64,000 bases of DNA, taken from positions 144,584,001 through 144,648,000 of the forward strand of contig OX597816.1 in the NCBI GenBank assembly GCA_951406725.2. Reading direction: 5' to 3'. A program made the translations under genes and the position numbers. The stretch's first letter is position 1. Every line of letters starts with the position of its first letter. The notes under the pieces were generated by a model. The model worked only from the letters and a program-made list of their open reading frames with translations, was not told the DNA's origin and ran no database searches. This stretch comes from Octopus vulgaris. Lineage: Eukaryota. Positions 53,193-64,000 of this stretch are shown here, piece after piece.

Positions 53193-53324
53193 CTTGTGAA
53201 GAAGGTGAGGTTAAATGCCCTCCAGGTCGCAATGAAACCAATTCTGCAGATGTATGCATTCGCCAAGAAAGTTTATGTGATGGGGAGATTGATTGCGAAG
53301 ATGGTACCGATGAAGAGATTTGTG
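53193..53324 (+). CDS. Exon 18: LDLa repeat 2
   Basis: CEEGEVKC..CIRQESLCDGEIDCEDGTDEEIC. AG/GTAAGC. Confidence 0.93.
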
Positions 53325-53659
53325 GTAAGCAAATAAATATCTTGTTTTAATTAGATATCAGATGATTTTATCATATTTAGCAAATGTGTCATTTAGACTA
53401 CTTATGGTAACTTTGCTTATTAAACAATAGAAGATTTCATTTAATAATATAGTATAATTGACAATATATTGCACAAATTCAGTCATGTAATAGCTGAAAA
53501 ACTTTTAATCACAGGTTTGAGGGATAGAGATTGTCTGGGACTAAATATCAACAATGATGGCAACAGCAACAACAACAAAATGGACATCATATATGATTAT
53601 AAAAGTTTCATTAGTGCAATAAGGGTGATGAATTTTTTATTTTAATTTTCTACTGTCAG

Positions 53660-53770
53660 ATCAATGTACAGATGAACAGTGGCAATGCAGAGATAAGAAG
53701 TGTATCAAGAAAGATCTTCGTTGCAATGGTATTAAAGACTGTAAGGATGGTTCAGATGAATTTCATTGCT
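53660..53770 (+). CDS. Exon 19: LDLa repeat 3
   Basis: CTDEQWQCRDKKCIKKDLRCNGIKDCKDGSDEFHC. CAG/GTAAGT. Confidence 0.93.
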
Positions 53771-53959
53771 GTAAGTAGGAAAATGGTTATACATTTTGAT
53801 TATAAATATCAATCATTATGGAAAGAATCCTTTGTGTGTTTGTCACTGGTCCTCTATTATCCTTGGTCCTGGGCCAGTCATGCTAGTCTGTTAAATTTGG
53901 GAGGAAGCCTCACACCTAAGGAAAAAACCAAATGAAGCACAGTGGCTGATGCAGTGAAT

Positions 53960-55150
53960 CTTTCTTGTCATTTTGTACTTGGAGCATAGATGAGATAAAT
54001 TACTCAACAAAGATGGATTACCACGTGAGGTGGAGGTTGTTTTTGATAGATCGATTTGGTATAGTGCATGTCTGTGCCTTACCCCACAGGATCTTGACAA
54101 GAGCTAATCTCTTAGCTAACACCTTGGCTGAAATCTTTGACCCTGCATTTAGCAAAGTTATGGACATGATATTGTTGAAATCACCCCTTTTGTTTAGGTT
54201 CTTACTCAGTAGCACCATCAAACTCTTTTTGCAGGACTAGGAATTGTCCCAGATAGCTGTCAAGTGGCTCCAGATCAAGACTGGCACACAAAAATAAAGC
54301 AGGTAGAACAGATCATTCAGCCCTGGTGATTTCTCCATTGTGCAGTCAGTCAGTGCTTCCTGTATTTCTTCAGCAGTTATTCCACAGGACTCTGCATCCT
54401 CACTTAAAAGCCACTGCAAGGTATCAATGTAGGTGGTAAAGCTCACACTTGGCTCAGGTCTAGCCAGTTCCAGACAGCTGAGTGAAGTGCCACTGAAAAG
54501 CCACACATATCTGCTTGGTATCGAGCAGCATGCACTCCTCCCTTTCTGTCACAGAATGAACTGTGGATTTGTTTCTGCATTTCATCTCTGCCACCTGGAA
54601 CAATCAAATGGCTTTCATTCGCTCATGCCTTAGAGCATGTGCTCCTGCTTTGATAATGTAGTTTTCATTGCATTGAAGAATCAGTCTTGGGCCAATCTTA
54701 CTGCCAGCACATTCTTTTTTAAGTGCCTCTTCTAGGTTACTAAGTAGCTCAATCTCTACTCTAGAAGACACCATTACTGATTTCTTACTAAGCCTAATCA
54801 ATTCTAATCAAAAAACCCTTTTTATGGTCGACTATCAATTGTTGTTGAGGATTGCCTCTGTCAACTTCCTCTTAGCTAGGTCTCAAATCCAGTTTCTGTA
54901 AACCTGAACACCAGGAGAAATGCATTCAGTTTCCAGCAATCAAATAATGCTCTATGCAGCCCATATAGACTGACCATGCAGATCATAAACTTGTGGTATG
55001 TGTAACTGACAACTTTGAGTTGTAGAGAACTTATATTATCAGTATCTTGGGTAAGAGAATTCTCAGGGTTGCAGATCTGGGTCAAGCATAGGCTGAGCTT
55101 TCACAGCCCTCTGTGTAATGCAGTTGGTGGATGTTCTACCATAAGGTTCT
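53960..55150 (-). mobile_element. L1/Tx1-like LINE ORF2 fragment, decayed
   Basis: Minus strand ITAEEIQEAL..KSPGLNDL and ITLLNAGSKISAKVLAKRL (RT domain start). Confidence 0.75.
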
Positions 55151-56117
55151 ATAGATGATTAATAGAGGGTAAGAGCAAAAACGTCATTGGAGAAACTTTG
55201 AGAATTGCGGAAAATCATCTAGCTGAACACTTCCAGAGTTCATAGATAATTTCCATAAATCTCTTGCATGGCAGTACTACTGGAGATGGGGGTTTGGGTG
55301 GGACTGCTGCTTTGAGATAAACTCTATATGCATGGTAGTATTATCAGCCAGGTCTGCCTGAGATATGTGCAGTGACGAAACTGCCCTGTCTCCACTTGTA
55401 CATTGTGTGAGCATTACTGTTCTGTGAAGTTTGTTGAACAATGGCTATCATATGTGGGACAAATCCAGTTATTGACTGACTTCATCATGAATATCATCTT
55501 GCTGCCTTTGTTTGGCTGAGACGGGCAAAAAATTTGTCTCTGTCTTGTGGCAATGGGAGAAGAGGTTGGTGCACATGACTGAAAACACTAAATCAGAATA
55601 CTTACCTCTTACCAACCACATAGTTCTGGGTTCAGTCCCACTGCATGGCACCTTGGGCAAGTGTCTTCTACTATAGACTCAGGCCAACCAAAGCATTGTG
55701 AGTGGATTTGGTAGATGGAAACTGAAAGAAGCCTGTCATATGTGTGTGTGTGTGTGTGGAAAGATAGTTGAAAGTGGAGAGGGAAGTACTGCTCAACAGG
55801 TAAATTTTAAAACAGTGGGTGAATATAGCATGAATGGCCTGAGTGAATCGACCAACTTAAAACATGCATCTGTAGGCTTAAAAGTACAAAAGAGAGAACA
55901 CTTACCATGATTCTCCTGGTGAATAGAGTGATTTGGGACCCGTGGGATTCCTTGGTTACCTCTAGGTGGCATTTAACTTCCTGTTGGATAATTTTATTGG
56001 GCTTTTCTTTTTAATTTTAATTAATCATAATAATTTTTATTGTTTACATATATTTATGTAAATCCCCACTCTGCCTTTGTATTGGTATAAATACAGTCAA
56101 TAAATTATTATTACATA

Positions 56118-56365
56118 GGCACAGGTGTAGCTGTGTGGTAAGTAGCTTACTTACCAACCACATGGTTCCGGGTTCAGTCCTACAGCATGGCACCTTGGGC
56201 AAGTGTCTTCTACTATAGCCTTAGGCCAACTAAAGCCTTGTGAGTGGATTTGGTAGATGGAAACTGAAAGAGGCCCATTGTATATATTGTGTATGTGTGT
56301 GATGTGTGTGTGGGTGGGTGGGTGTTTATGTTTGTGTGTGTGTGTTTGTCTCCCCAACATTGCTT
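56118..56365 (+). mobile_element. SINE family A, 3'-truncated (another partial copy at about 55605-55760)
   Basis: Family A head and core. Confidence 0.8.
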
Positions 56366-56439
56366 GTTATAGTCTATTTTGGAGAGATTTGCACGAGTTG
56401 AATATGGTAATTTTGTTTATGTTTTTTCATTTTTTCCAG

Positions 56440-56557
56440 TTAGATACATTGGCAAAACGATTAAATTTTTTTACAATGACTCATATAAATATATCTGTGA
56501 AAACAACTTGAAAAATGAAAGAATTGCAAAACAGTTGTGTTCCTATGTTGGAAGAAG
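56440..56557 (+). CDS. Exon 20: SRCR-like domain 3, first half
   Basis: RYIGKTIKFFYNDSYKYICENN..IAKQLCSYVG. CAG/GTAAGA, phases 1 and 2. Confidence 0.85.
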
Positions 56558-56654
56558 GTAAGAAAACTGAGTAACACCCTGTTTATTGTTTCTTCCTGTT
56601 AATTATAAAAGTACCAGTATCTTATTCTATAAGGTAATAATATGATATATAATC

Positions 56655-57197
56655 ATATTGGTTTCAAATTTTGGCACACAAGGCCAGCAATTTCAGGAGG
56701 GGTAAGTCAATTACATCAACCCCAGCACTCAAATGGTACTTATTTTATCAACCTTGAAAGGATGAAAGGCAAAGTTGACCTAAGCAGAATTTAAACTCTG
56801 TGCCGGTGGCATGTAAAAGGCACCATTCAAGTGTGATCGTTACCAGCATCGCCTTACTGGCACCTGTGCCGGTGGCATGTGTAAAAAGATTCAAGCAAGG
56901 TCGTTTCCAGTACTGCCTGACTGGACCCCATGCCGGTGGCACGTAAAAGCACCCACAAGACTCTTGGAGTGGTTGGCGTTAGGAAGGGCATCCAGCTGTA
57001 GAAACTTTGCCTGATCAAGATTGAAGCCTGGTGCAGCCATCTGGTTTGCCAGCCCTCAGTCAAATCGTCCAACCCATGCTAGCATAGAAAGCAGACGTTA
57101 AACGATGATGATGATGATGATGATGAATGTAAAGTGGACGAAATGCTGGTAAGCATTTTGCCTGGCATGCTAATGATTCCACCAGCTTGCTACCTTA
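56655..57197. mobile_element. Nested SINEs: family B (+, 56798-57125) inserted in family C (-)
   Basis: The family C reverse complement stops near 56797 and resumes after the (GAT)n tail at about 57126. Confidence 0.75.
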
Positions 57198-57459
57198 AGA
57201 TATATAAAAACATTAAGAGAACACGATAGAGACTAATGCAACTGAATGTTAAGCCCTTTTGTATCATTCTCTATTTTGATCCTTTTGCATTCTTAGATTT
57301 CCAAAATCTGTGATAATGCAACCAATCTTAAAATGGAATAAGTGTTTTCAGCCAGTAAGACTTTTTTAGAAACTCAAGAAGTAACAAAGAGACATTATGT
57401 TCATTGTGACTGTCACCAAATTGTGTTACCTGTTTTTCTCCATGTAATGTACTAAAAGT

Positions 57460-57609
57460 GTAGGTGTGGCTGTGTGGTAAGTAGCATGCTTACGAACCAC
57501 ATGGTTCCAGGTTCTGTCCCACTGCATGGCACCTTGGGCAAGTGTCTTCTACTATAGCCTCGGGCTGACCAAAGCCTTGTGGATTTGAAAGAAGCCCATC
57601 GTATATATA

Positions 57610-57644
<35 letters not shown>

Positions 57645-57875
57645 GTGTATGTGTGTGTATATGTTTGTGTGTCTGTGTTTGTCCCCCCCACCATCGCCTG
57701 ACAATTGATGCTGATGTGTTTACGTCCTCGTAACTTAGCGTTTTGGCAAAAGAGACCAATAGAATAAGTATTAGGCTTACAAAGAATAAGTCCTGGGGTC
57801 GATTTGCTTGACTAAAGGTGGTGCTCCAGCATGGCTACAGTCAAATGACTGAAACAAGTAAAAGAGTAAAAGAGA
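57460..57875 (+). mobile_element. SINE family A copy
   Basis: Full head, core, internal microsatellite and tail. Confidence 0.85.
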
Positions 57876-60088
57876 TATTGCAGTCAATTTAATCAAAGTC
57901 TTTGAATTGCAAGTATTGCAGGTTTGCTTGAGCTGTTCTTTTTTCTATCAATGACACATTCACCAATCAATGTGATTTATCTATTTGTTTCAGTGTCAAA
58001 GTAGAAGTGGAATCTGATGCATTTTAAGGCATCAACTGTGAAGGCTGTTGATAGTTTAGTTGCATCTATTACGTCTACAAACAACTGTGCTTTAATGCTT
58101 CTGTAAATGTCACAACAAATGTTGTCTATTTTGCATTGTGAGAATCTGTCAGAAGTCACCATCAAACACAACTTTATTATCAAATGACCCATCATGTTGC
58201 ATTATACCTAAAAATAAAGGATTTGCTCTTTAAAATAAATAGTTGATGGTGATTTCTGAATAGGTTTTTCAGATGTAGAGTTAAATGAAACATGACAGAT
58301 TGATGAGCTATAGATTTTTAATGGAACCTTTGTGAACGAGCAGTTTTTCACTTTTGGAAAGAAATGCAGCAAACCCAGATGAGGCTACAGTCAATATGAC
58401 CCAGCCTCAGGATTGAACACTTTTTGATATTGTTCTATGCAAATGCTATCACAACCTGTCAGGGCTTTCAACCAAAAAGTAAGATGATAACTAATTGATG
58501 CTGGCTATGATTTTGCTTTATGCCACCAGCTGTTTCCCTTTCAACTTCTTGTATAACATGTACTATCATCTTCTTTGTTATCATAACTTAATCCTAATGC
58601 ATGGTACAAATCATCCTATATTGGATCATACTTTATTGAAACAACTTACAAGAGGCTATAGAAACAATGAAAACATGTTCAAACTTGATCTTTCTTTCAT
58701 TCTGATATAATGCTCCTAATAGTACAGAAATTCCCCTCTTGATTCCATTGAAAATCTTTCATCAGTTGCTTCTTATACATGATGTTAAGCTGGAGTGGAT
58801 TAGCCAAGTTGCAGTGCAGCTGCAAGGGTACAAAAGCTGTTGGAACTCTTTGACAATATGAAGTGTATTGCAATGCTTATCATCACTTTGAAAGAGCTTT
58901 CGTTTCATGCCTATCATTTAATATTTATCATGTAATACCATTCACATCTCTTAGATCTATAAATGATGTTTTGCTTTTCACTTTTATGAGTAGAAGCCTG
59001 AAACCAGAAGTAAAACTGATCACTACTTTTGGGACTCTCATAACTCATTTAACCAACTGCAAACTCTTTTAATTCACCTGTGCTGTTGTTCATTCCAAGA
59101 GCAATGATGATAAAGGAATCCAAGATATATGTAAATGCATACTTCTTAAATTGAATCAAGAAGTTGTGATGAAATTTTGTATCAACTATCTGATTCTTGT
59201 ATTTCTCATTTGTGCTGTACTTTATTGTCTATTTGCAATGTTTGATAAATAGACAGTTTTCTCATTAAAACAAAAAAGATACTTCAAAATTTGTACAGAT
59301 AGATATTGCTTTTGTAAAAATAAATCCCAGAGACTTCTAAACAACCTCTGCTACTCCAGTTTATCTTGCATCTATATGTTAATCCATTTCATAGTGTTGA
59401 TGTTGTTTGGCACTATCACCAGCTACTCATATATTTGAATCTGTAGTTTATAGACTTCATTGTAGAATCAATTTCAACATTTAAATGAATGTGTATTGAG
59501 CATTTTTCATCAAATACACATTATATGATAAAACATGTTGGTTTTCATAAACAAATGTGTAGTAGTGTTTTAGCTAAACTGGATCTTGTACTTGTAGCTA
59601 CAATTTCAGTTTTTAATTCTTTTGGATAGTAAAAATGGTTGCATTGATTTATCTGGTGCTAATTCAAGCATACCATATTTAATTTGTTAGATCTACGTAA
59701 CTCTAGATTATGCATTTTAAAACAAGTTGGAATCGTTCATGTCATAATATTCATTTGGAGGTACAGCACACGTAATTTTGTCATAATCTGCTATTGATCA
59801 TGAATATATGTTGGAAGGAGTGAAACCTGCCATCAGGTTGAAAACTTTTCAGTGTATATGCATGAAGTAGGCTTCACCTTTGGAGTTCAACCAGAGAAAC
59901 TAATTTCACCACTTTTCCAAAGATATGCTTGCTTTGAAGCTGTTCATATAATATTTTTGACTTTATACAGAAAACCCTTTCACAAGAGGACTACTTGATC
60001 ACATATATATATACATATAACTATATATCTCTCTATGTATACATATATGTAGTAAACTATCTCTTCACTCTAATTTTTTTCTTGTCAG

Positions 60089-60196
60089 TAATGGAACATT
60101 TGGTGATCCAATTCTAGGAGATGGTGTATTATTCACATCCAAGATCTCGTATAACACTAACCAGCTGATTCCAGGTTTTGAAGCCGTGTCCATAGG
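60089..60196 (+). CDS. Exon 21: SRCR-like domain 3 continuation
   Basis: Open frame NGTFGDPILGDGVLFTSKISYNTNQLIPGFEAVSI between a polypyrimidine-CAG acceptor and a GTAAAT donor. Phases 2 and 2 fit the neighbours, but no diagnostic motif. Confidence 0.65.
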
Positions 60197-61448
60197 GTAA
60201 ATATCATATATTTCCTCATGTTATTAGGCATTTATGTTATGTTATGGCCTGTTATATAATATCATGCTTGGTTTATCATTGTGATGACAAAGTGAAATAG
60301 CAACAACTGTTTACTTTTTACACCGAAAATTACTTTTTTATTCAAATGTTTCTATCACAGAAATTTAGGACTTCTAACATGTAGAAAGCCTCACATTTTG
60401 AAGGTGGAGTATAATTAATTGGTGGATTATATTGTCTTCAGTATTTGCCTGACACTTATTTTATTGTTCCTACCTCAAGGAATATGAAAGATGAGAGACA
60501 AAGTGCAATGTGCATAGATGTGTATGCACATTGATTGCAAAAGGACATAACTGAATACAACAAAACTGCCTGTATACTTACATTTTTTCTTATTCTTTAA
60601 TCTTCCTGCTGCACTAAAGAAGTCATTCATATTGATTTTTTCCTTTTAGAAGTGGGAGTAAATTAGTTTAGCTGTGGCAGGAATGGTTTTATTATGGCTC
60701 AGTCCTTTAGATTCAAACTCCTCTCCATAAGCTAATGAAACACTCATCAACCATATATTACTTATCTCTGCTGTTTGTAGCTGTGAGTTGTATTTACACA
60801 TGATGTATGTACTATAAATTGTCTTCCAATGCCAAAAGTATTCTGTGAAGTGGTACTTAACTCCCATCTTCATGATGTGATTCGTAAGAGAAATAAAACT
60901 CCCCCTGGATAAAAAGCCAAACCATTGTTGATAACATTCTTATTTATCTATTTCTCACTTATTTTATTCCTGATGATCTATTCTGTGTAACTATTTCCTG
61001 ACAACTATGTGATTGAAAATTGGCTGCAATAGATTTGTGCATACAATTTATCAGAAGGTTCTCTGTTATTTACTTGGCCGTCTTGCTTCTGTCTAGGCAC
61101 ATTGCCTATTAGGTCAATAATGGATTCATTCATGTTTGAGAAGTGATTGCAATAGAACTGAAAGTAAGATCAGGTTATTAATACTGCTACTAGAGTCAGA
61201 ACTCAAAAGAATACATTCAAGTTAATGCAATACTCATTAACTTTATAGCATTACCACTGATTTCAACAATCATCACTTCATAGTTATGTTGACTGAATAT
61301 GAGGGGTCATCAATCCACTCCTAGTAGTTTAAATTCCTATCAACTTGACAAGCTTTCACTCTGTAATAATGTGATTTGATGACATTCTAATTATGTGATT
61401 TTTAACAATGACAAACACAATGATAAAACTCCTACTGTTTTTCAATAG

Positions 61449-61486
61449 GAACTGCAGCATCATGGTTCTGAACTGTATTGAACAAC
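61449..61486 (+). CDS. Exon 22: 38-bp exon ending the SRCR-like domain
   Basis: NCSIMVLNCIEQ. TAG/GTAAGT, phases 2 and 1, restoring frame into the protease exon. Confidence 0.7.
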
Positions 61487-62228
61487 GTAAGTTGAATATA
61501 ATTATCAATAATTTATTACATAAGTATAAGGCTTAACATTTTATAGAAAAGGGGAAAGATTGCATAACATTTCTGCTTTCACCAAAGAAATTATTCTCGG
61601 AAACTCAATTCTTTTGATGAGTCTGAAAGAGGAAAAACCAAAACAAAACATGCATAGTAAATAAATATCTAAAATGTAAATACTCGATCTTTTGAATGTT
61701 TTGCAATTTCAGGTGAAAGCTAGTCAGTGAGAGAAATTTTAGTTGTAGTTCTGGGAAGGAATGGTTGAGATAAAGTATTTTTGTAGAGAACCATTGAAAC
61801 TTAGGTAAAGTAGGAACTAGAGTAGGAGGAGTTATATTTTAGTTGAAGGTGATATTTACAAATTGTGAATGTAGAATGAAAACTAGTGTATTAATAGCAG
61901 ACAAAAAGCAGAAGCAGGACACAGCTTTTCTGTGAGTGAGTATTAGTAACTGCTTGTTAATAAGTGTACTATCTTCTTGGGAGTCTTACGTAGTGCAAAT
62001 TATGTGTGAAATGATACAATGGTTGATTTAAGAATTGCAGTTGGAAGATGGATAAAATGTTAGAATAATGGCCTAAAGATCACGTATGTAATAATATTTA
62101 GGTCACATCATTATTAAAAGTTCTTTAATCTGTTTGTTTTGAAAATCAGTAATAAATTAACTTTAATTAGGCTTTTGAGAAAAGAAAGTAACACAGCTCT
62201 TAAAATGACGACTGTAACAATTCATGTA

Positions 62229-63092
62229 TGAGGGGTAATCAAAAATTATCTGCACTTTTGCCATAACACATCTTTATCATTGTCACACTGCCTTTTGTGC
62301 ACATGTGCTTATAGTTGGTACTAATTTGGTCCTGTGATCAAAGTTTGAACCTGATCACACCATTTTCCTTTCTGGATTTACAGGGTAAGCATGGCTGCTC
62401 CACTGGCAATGTGTACCAAAGAAGAACAAAGAGCAGCAATTTGAGTTCTCTGGTCAGAAGGTATGTCAGGTGGTGAAATTCATTGGAGGCTTTTAGTACA
62501 ATATGGGGATGCCAGTGATGAAAAGATTCAGCCTTCAGTGGGAAAGGTGATGCTAACCCTTTTTGGGGACTCAAAAGGGCCTATACTGGAAGACTACCTG
62601 GAAAAGTGTGTACGATCAACAGTGCAAGATATAGTGCTTTGCTGGCCAACAAACTGAAACCAGTAATTCACACCAAACGCCGAAGTATATTGTCAAAGAA
62701 AGTTTTGTTGTTGGTTGATAATGCATGCCCATATATGGCCACCCAGACCAATAAAACCATTAACCAATTGAGTTTTGAGGTGCTGGAACACCCTGCCTAC
62801 AGCTCAGATGTTGCCCCTTCTGACTGTCATATCTTTGGACCACTCAAAGATGGTTTACATGATCGTTGATTTCCTATGCATGAAGATGTGAAGGAAGCAG
62901 TACATAGATGGTTATGCAATCAACTGAAAACCTTCTTCTTGGTAGGAATATGCAAACATCAGAATTGCTAGTCCAAGTGCATCGAAAAGGAAAGGGACTA
63001 TATAGTCAAATGGTGCACTTACTTATCCCTTGTTTTTGTGTAAATACATTGAAAAAAAAACAAGAGTGCATATAATTTTTGTCTCTCCCTCA
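62229..63092 (+). mobile_element. Mariner-type transposon, internally deleted
   Basis: TIRs TGAGGGGTAATCAAAAATTATCTGCACT / AGTGCATATAATTTTTGTCTCTCCCTCA flanked by TA. Motifs GKVMLTLF, DNACP and HPAYSSDVAPSDCHIFGPLK. Confidence 0.9.
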
Positions 63093-63290
63093 TAAATTTC
63101 CAATGAGTTACAATATTTCAATAAGCATGAATCGTTACTGAAACATATCATTTTATTTTTAAAAGCATTACATAGTATTTGACTTGAAAAATGACCAGTC
63201 TTAAGGCAACAGTTGTTTTAAATCTTATTTTTCTTTATTTGTTTGTTAATTAATTTACTAATCAGGCAAAATATATTTTCCTTATTTCAG

Positions 63291-63459
63291 AATGTGGAAA
63301 TCAAAATATGAACTTAATTGAACCCAACATTAGATATGGACAAAAATCTTTGGATGGTAAATGGCCATGGGATGTGCAGATTTTTGCAGGTTCCCAATTG
63401 ATTTGCACTGGAGTCATCATCAACAGTCACTATGTGCTTACTGCTGCTCACTGCTTAAT
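63291..63459 (+). CDS. Exon 23: start of trypsin-like (S1A) serine protease domain; gene continues past the window
   Basis: CGNQNMNLIEPNIRYGQKSLDGKWPWDVQIFAGSQLICTGVIINSHYVLTAAHCL. CAG/GTAGGT. Confidence 0.93.
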
Positions 63460-63791
63460 GTAGGTACTTTCAGTATATTGACAGCATTACTTCTTGTCTG
63501 TGTGTATTCAGTGAAGGTATTCTTGTGTCTTGTTTCAGTTGCTTTAGTCTCAAGTCAACTACTACTCATGTATTTATATAACAGTGCAATTCATTGCAAA
63601 ATCTTTCAACTTTCTTTCACACATCAGTTTTTCTTTCAACCAATTTGTCTTATTCATTTCATCTAACATCACACATCCTGTTGAAACTACTTAAAAAAGC
63701 CTCTGCATTCAATGCCCCTTTCACTACTGTGTGATATTGCACTTCATACACAAGCAGCATACAATCTGTTCTCTTCTTACTGAAAATTTGT

Positions 63792-64000
63792 TATACATAC
63801 ACACACACACACATACATACACACACACACACATACATACATACATGCATACATACATACATACATACATACATACATACATACACACATACATACACGC
63901 ACACATACATACATACATACATACATACATACATACATACATACATACATACATACATACATACATACACACACATATACATACATACACACATACATAC
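63792..64000. repeat. (CATA)n/(CA)n microsatellite
   Basis: Visible run. Confidence 0.95.

Noticed and set aside
57930-59960. Possible decayed DNA transposon or extra exons
   Set aside because: No motif I could identify, and exon phases already join without it.

Overview
AT-rich, repeat-dense animal genomic DNA. The SINE families and microsatellites suggest a cephalopod such as Octopus (inference). Most of the window is one + strand gene. I rebuilt 23 GT-AG coding exons (11030-63459, about 1258 codons) with consistent splice phases. They encode signal peptide - SRCR - 5x MAM - LDLa - SRCR - 2x LDLa - SRCR-like - trypsin-like protease, and the gene runs off the window end. Introns and the upstream region hold the 3' end of a Gypsy element, several Tc1/mariner relics, LINE fragments, TTAA MITEs and many SINEs. 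The standout feature is in the intron after coding exon 9. It is a non-coding array of eight near-identical 533-bp units plus one inverted, circularly permuted unit, inserted in a (TA)n tract. Every unit carries a type I hammerhead ribozyme fold with a palindromic minimal helix III, which fits a retrozyme or Penelope-like concatemer copied from a circular or multimeric RNA. Two further hammerhead-like families and one decayed candidate occur elsewhere in the window. All structures were read by eye; no folding or database searches were run.
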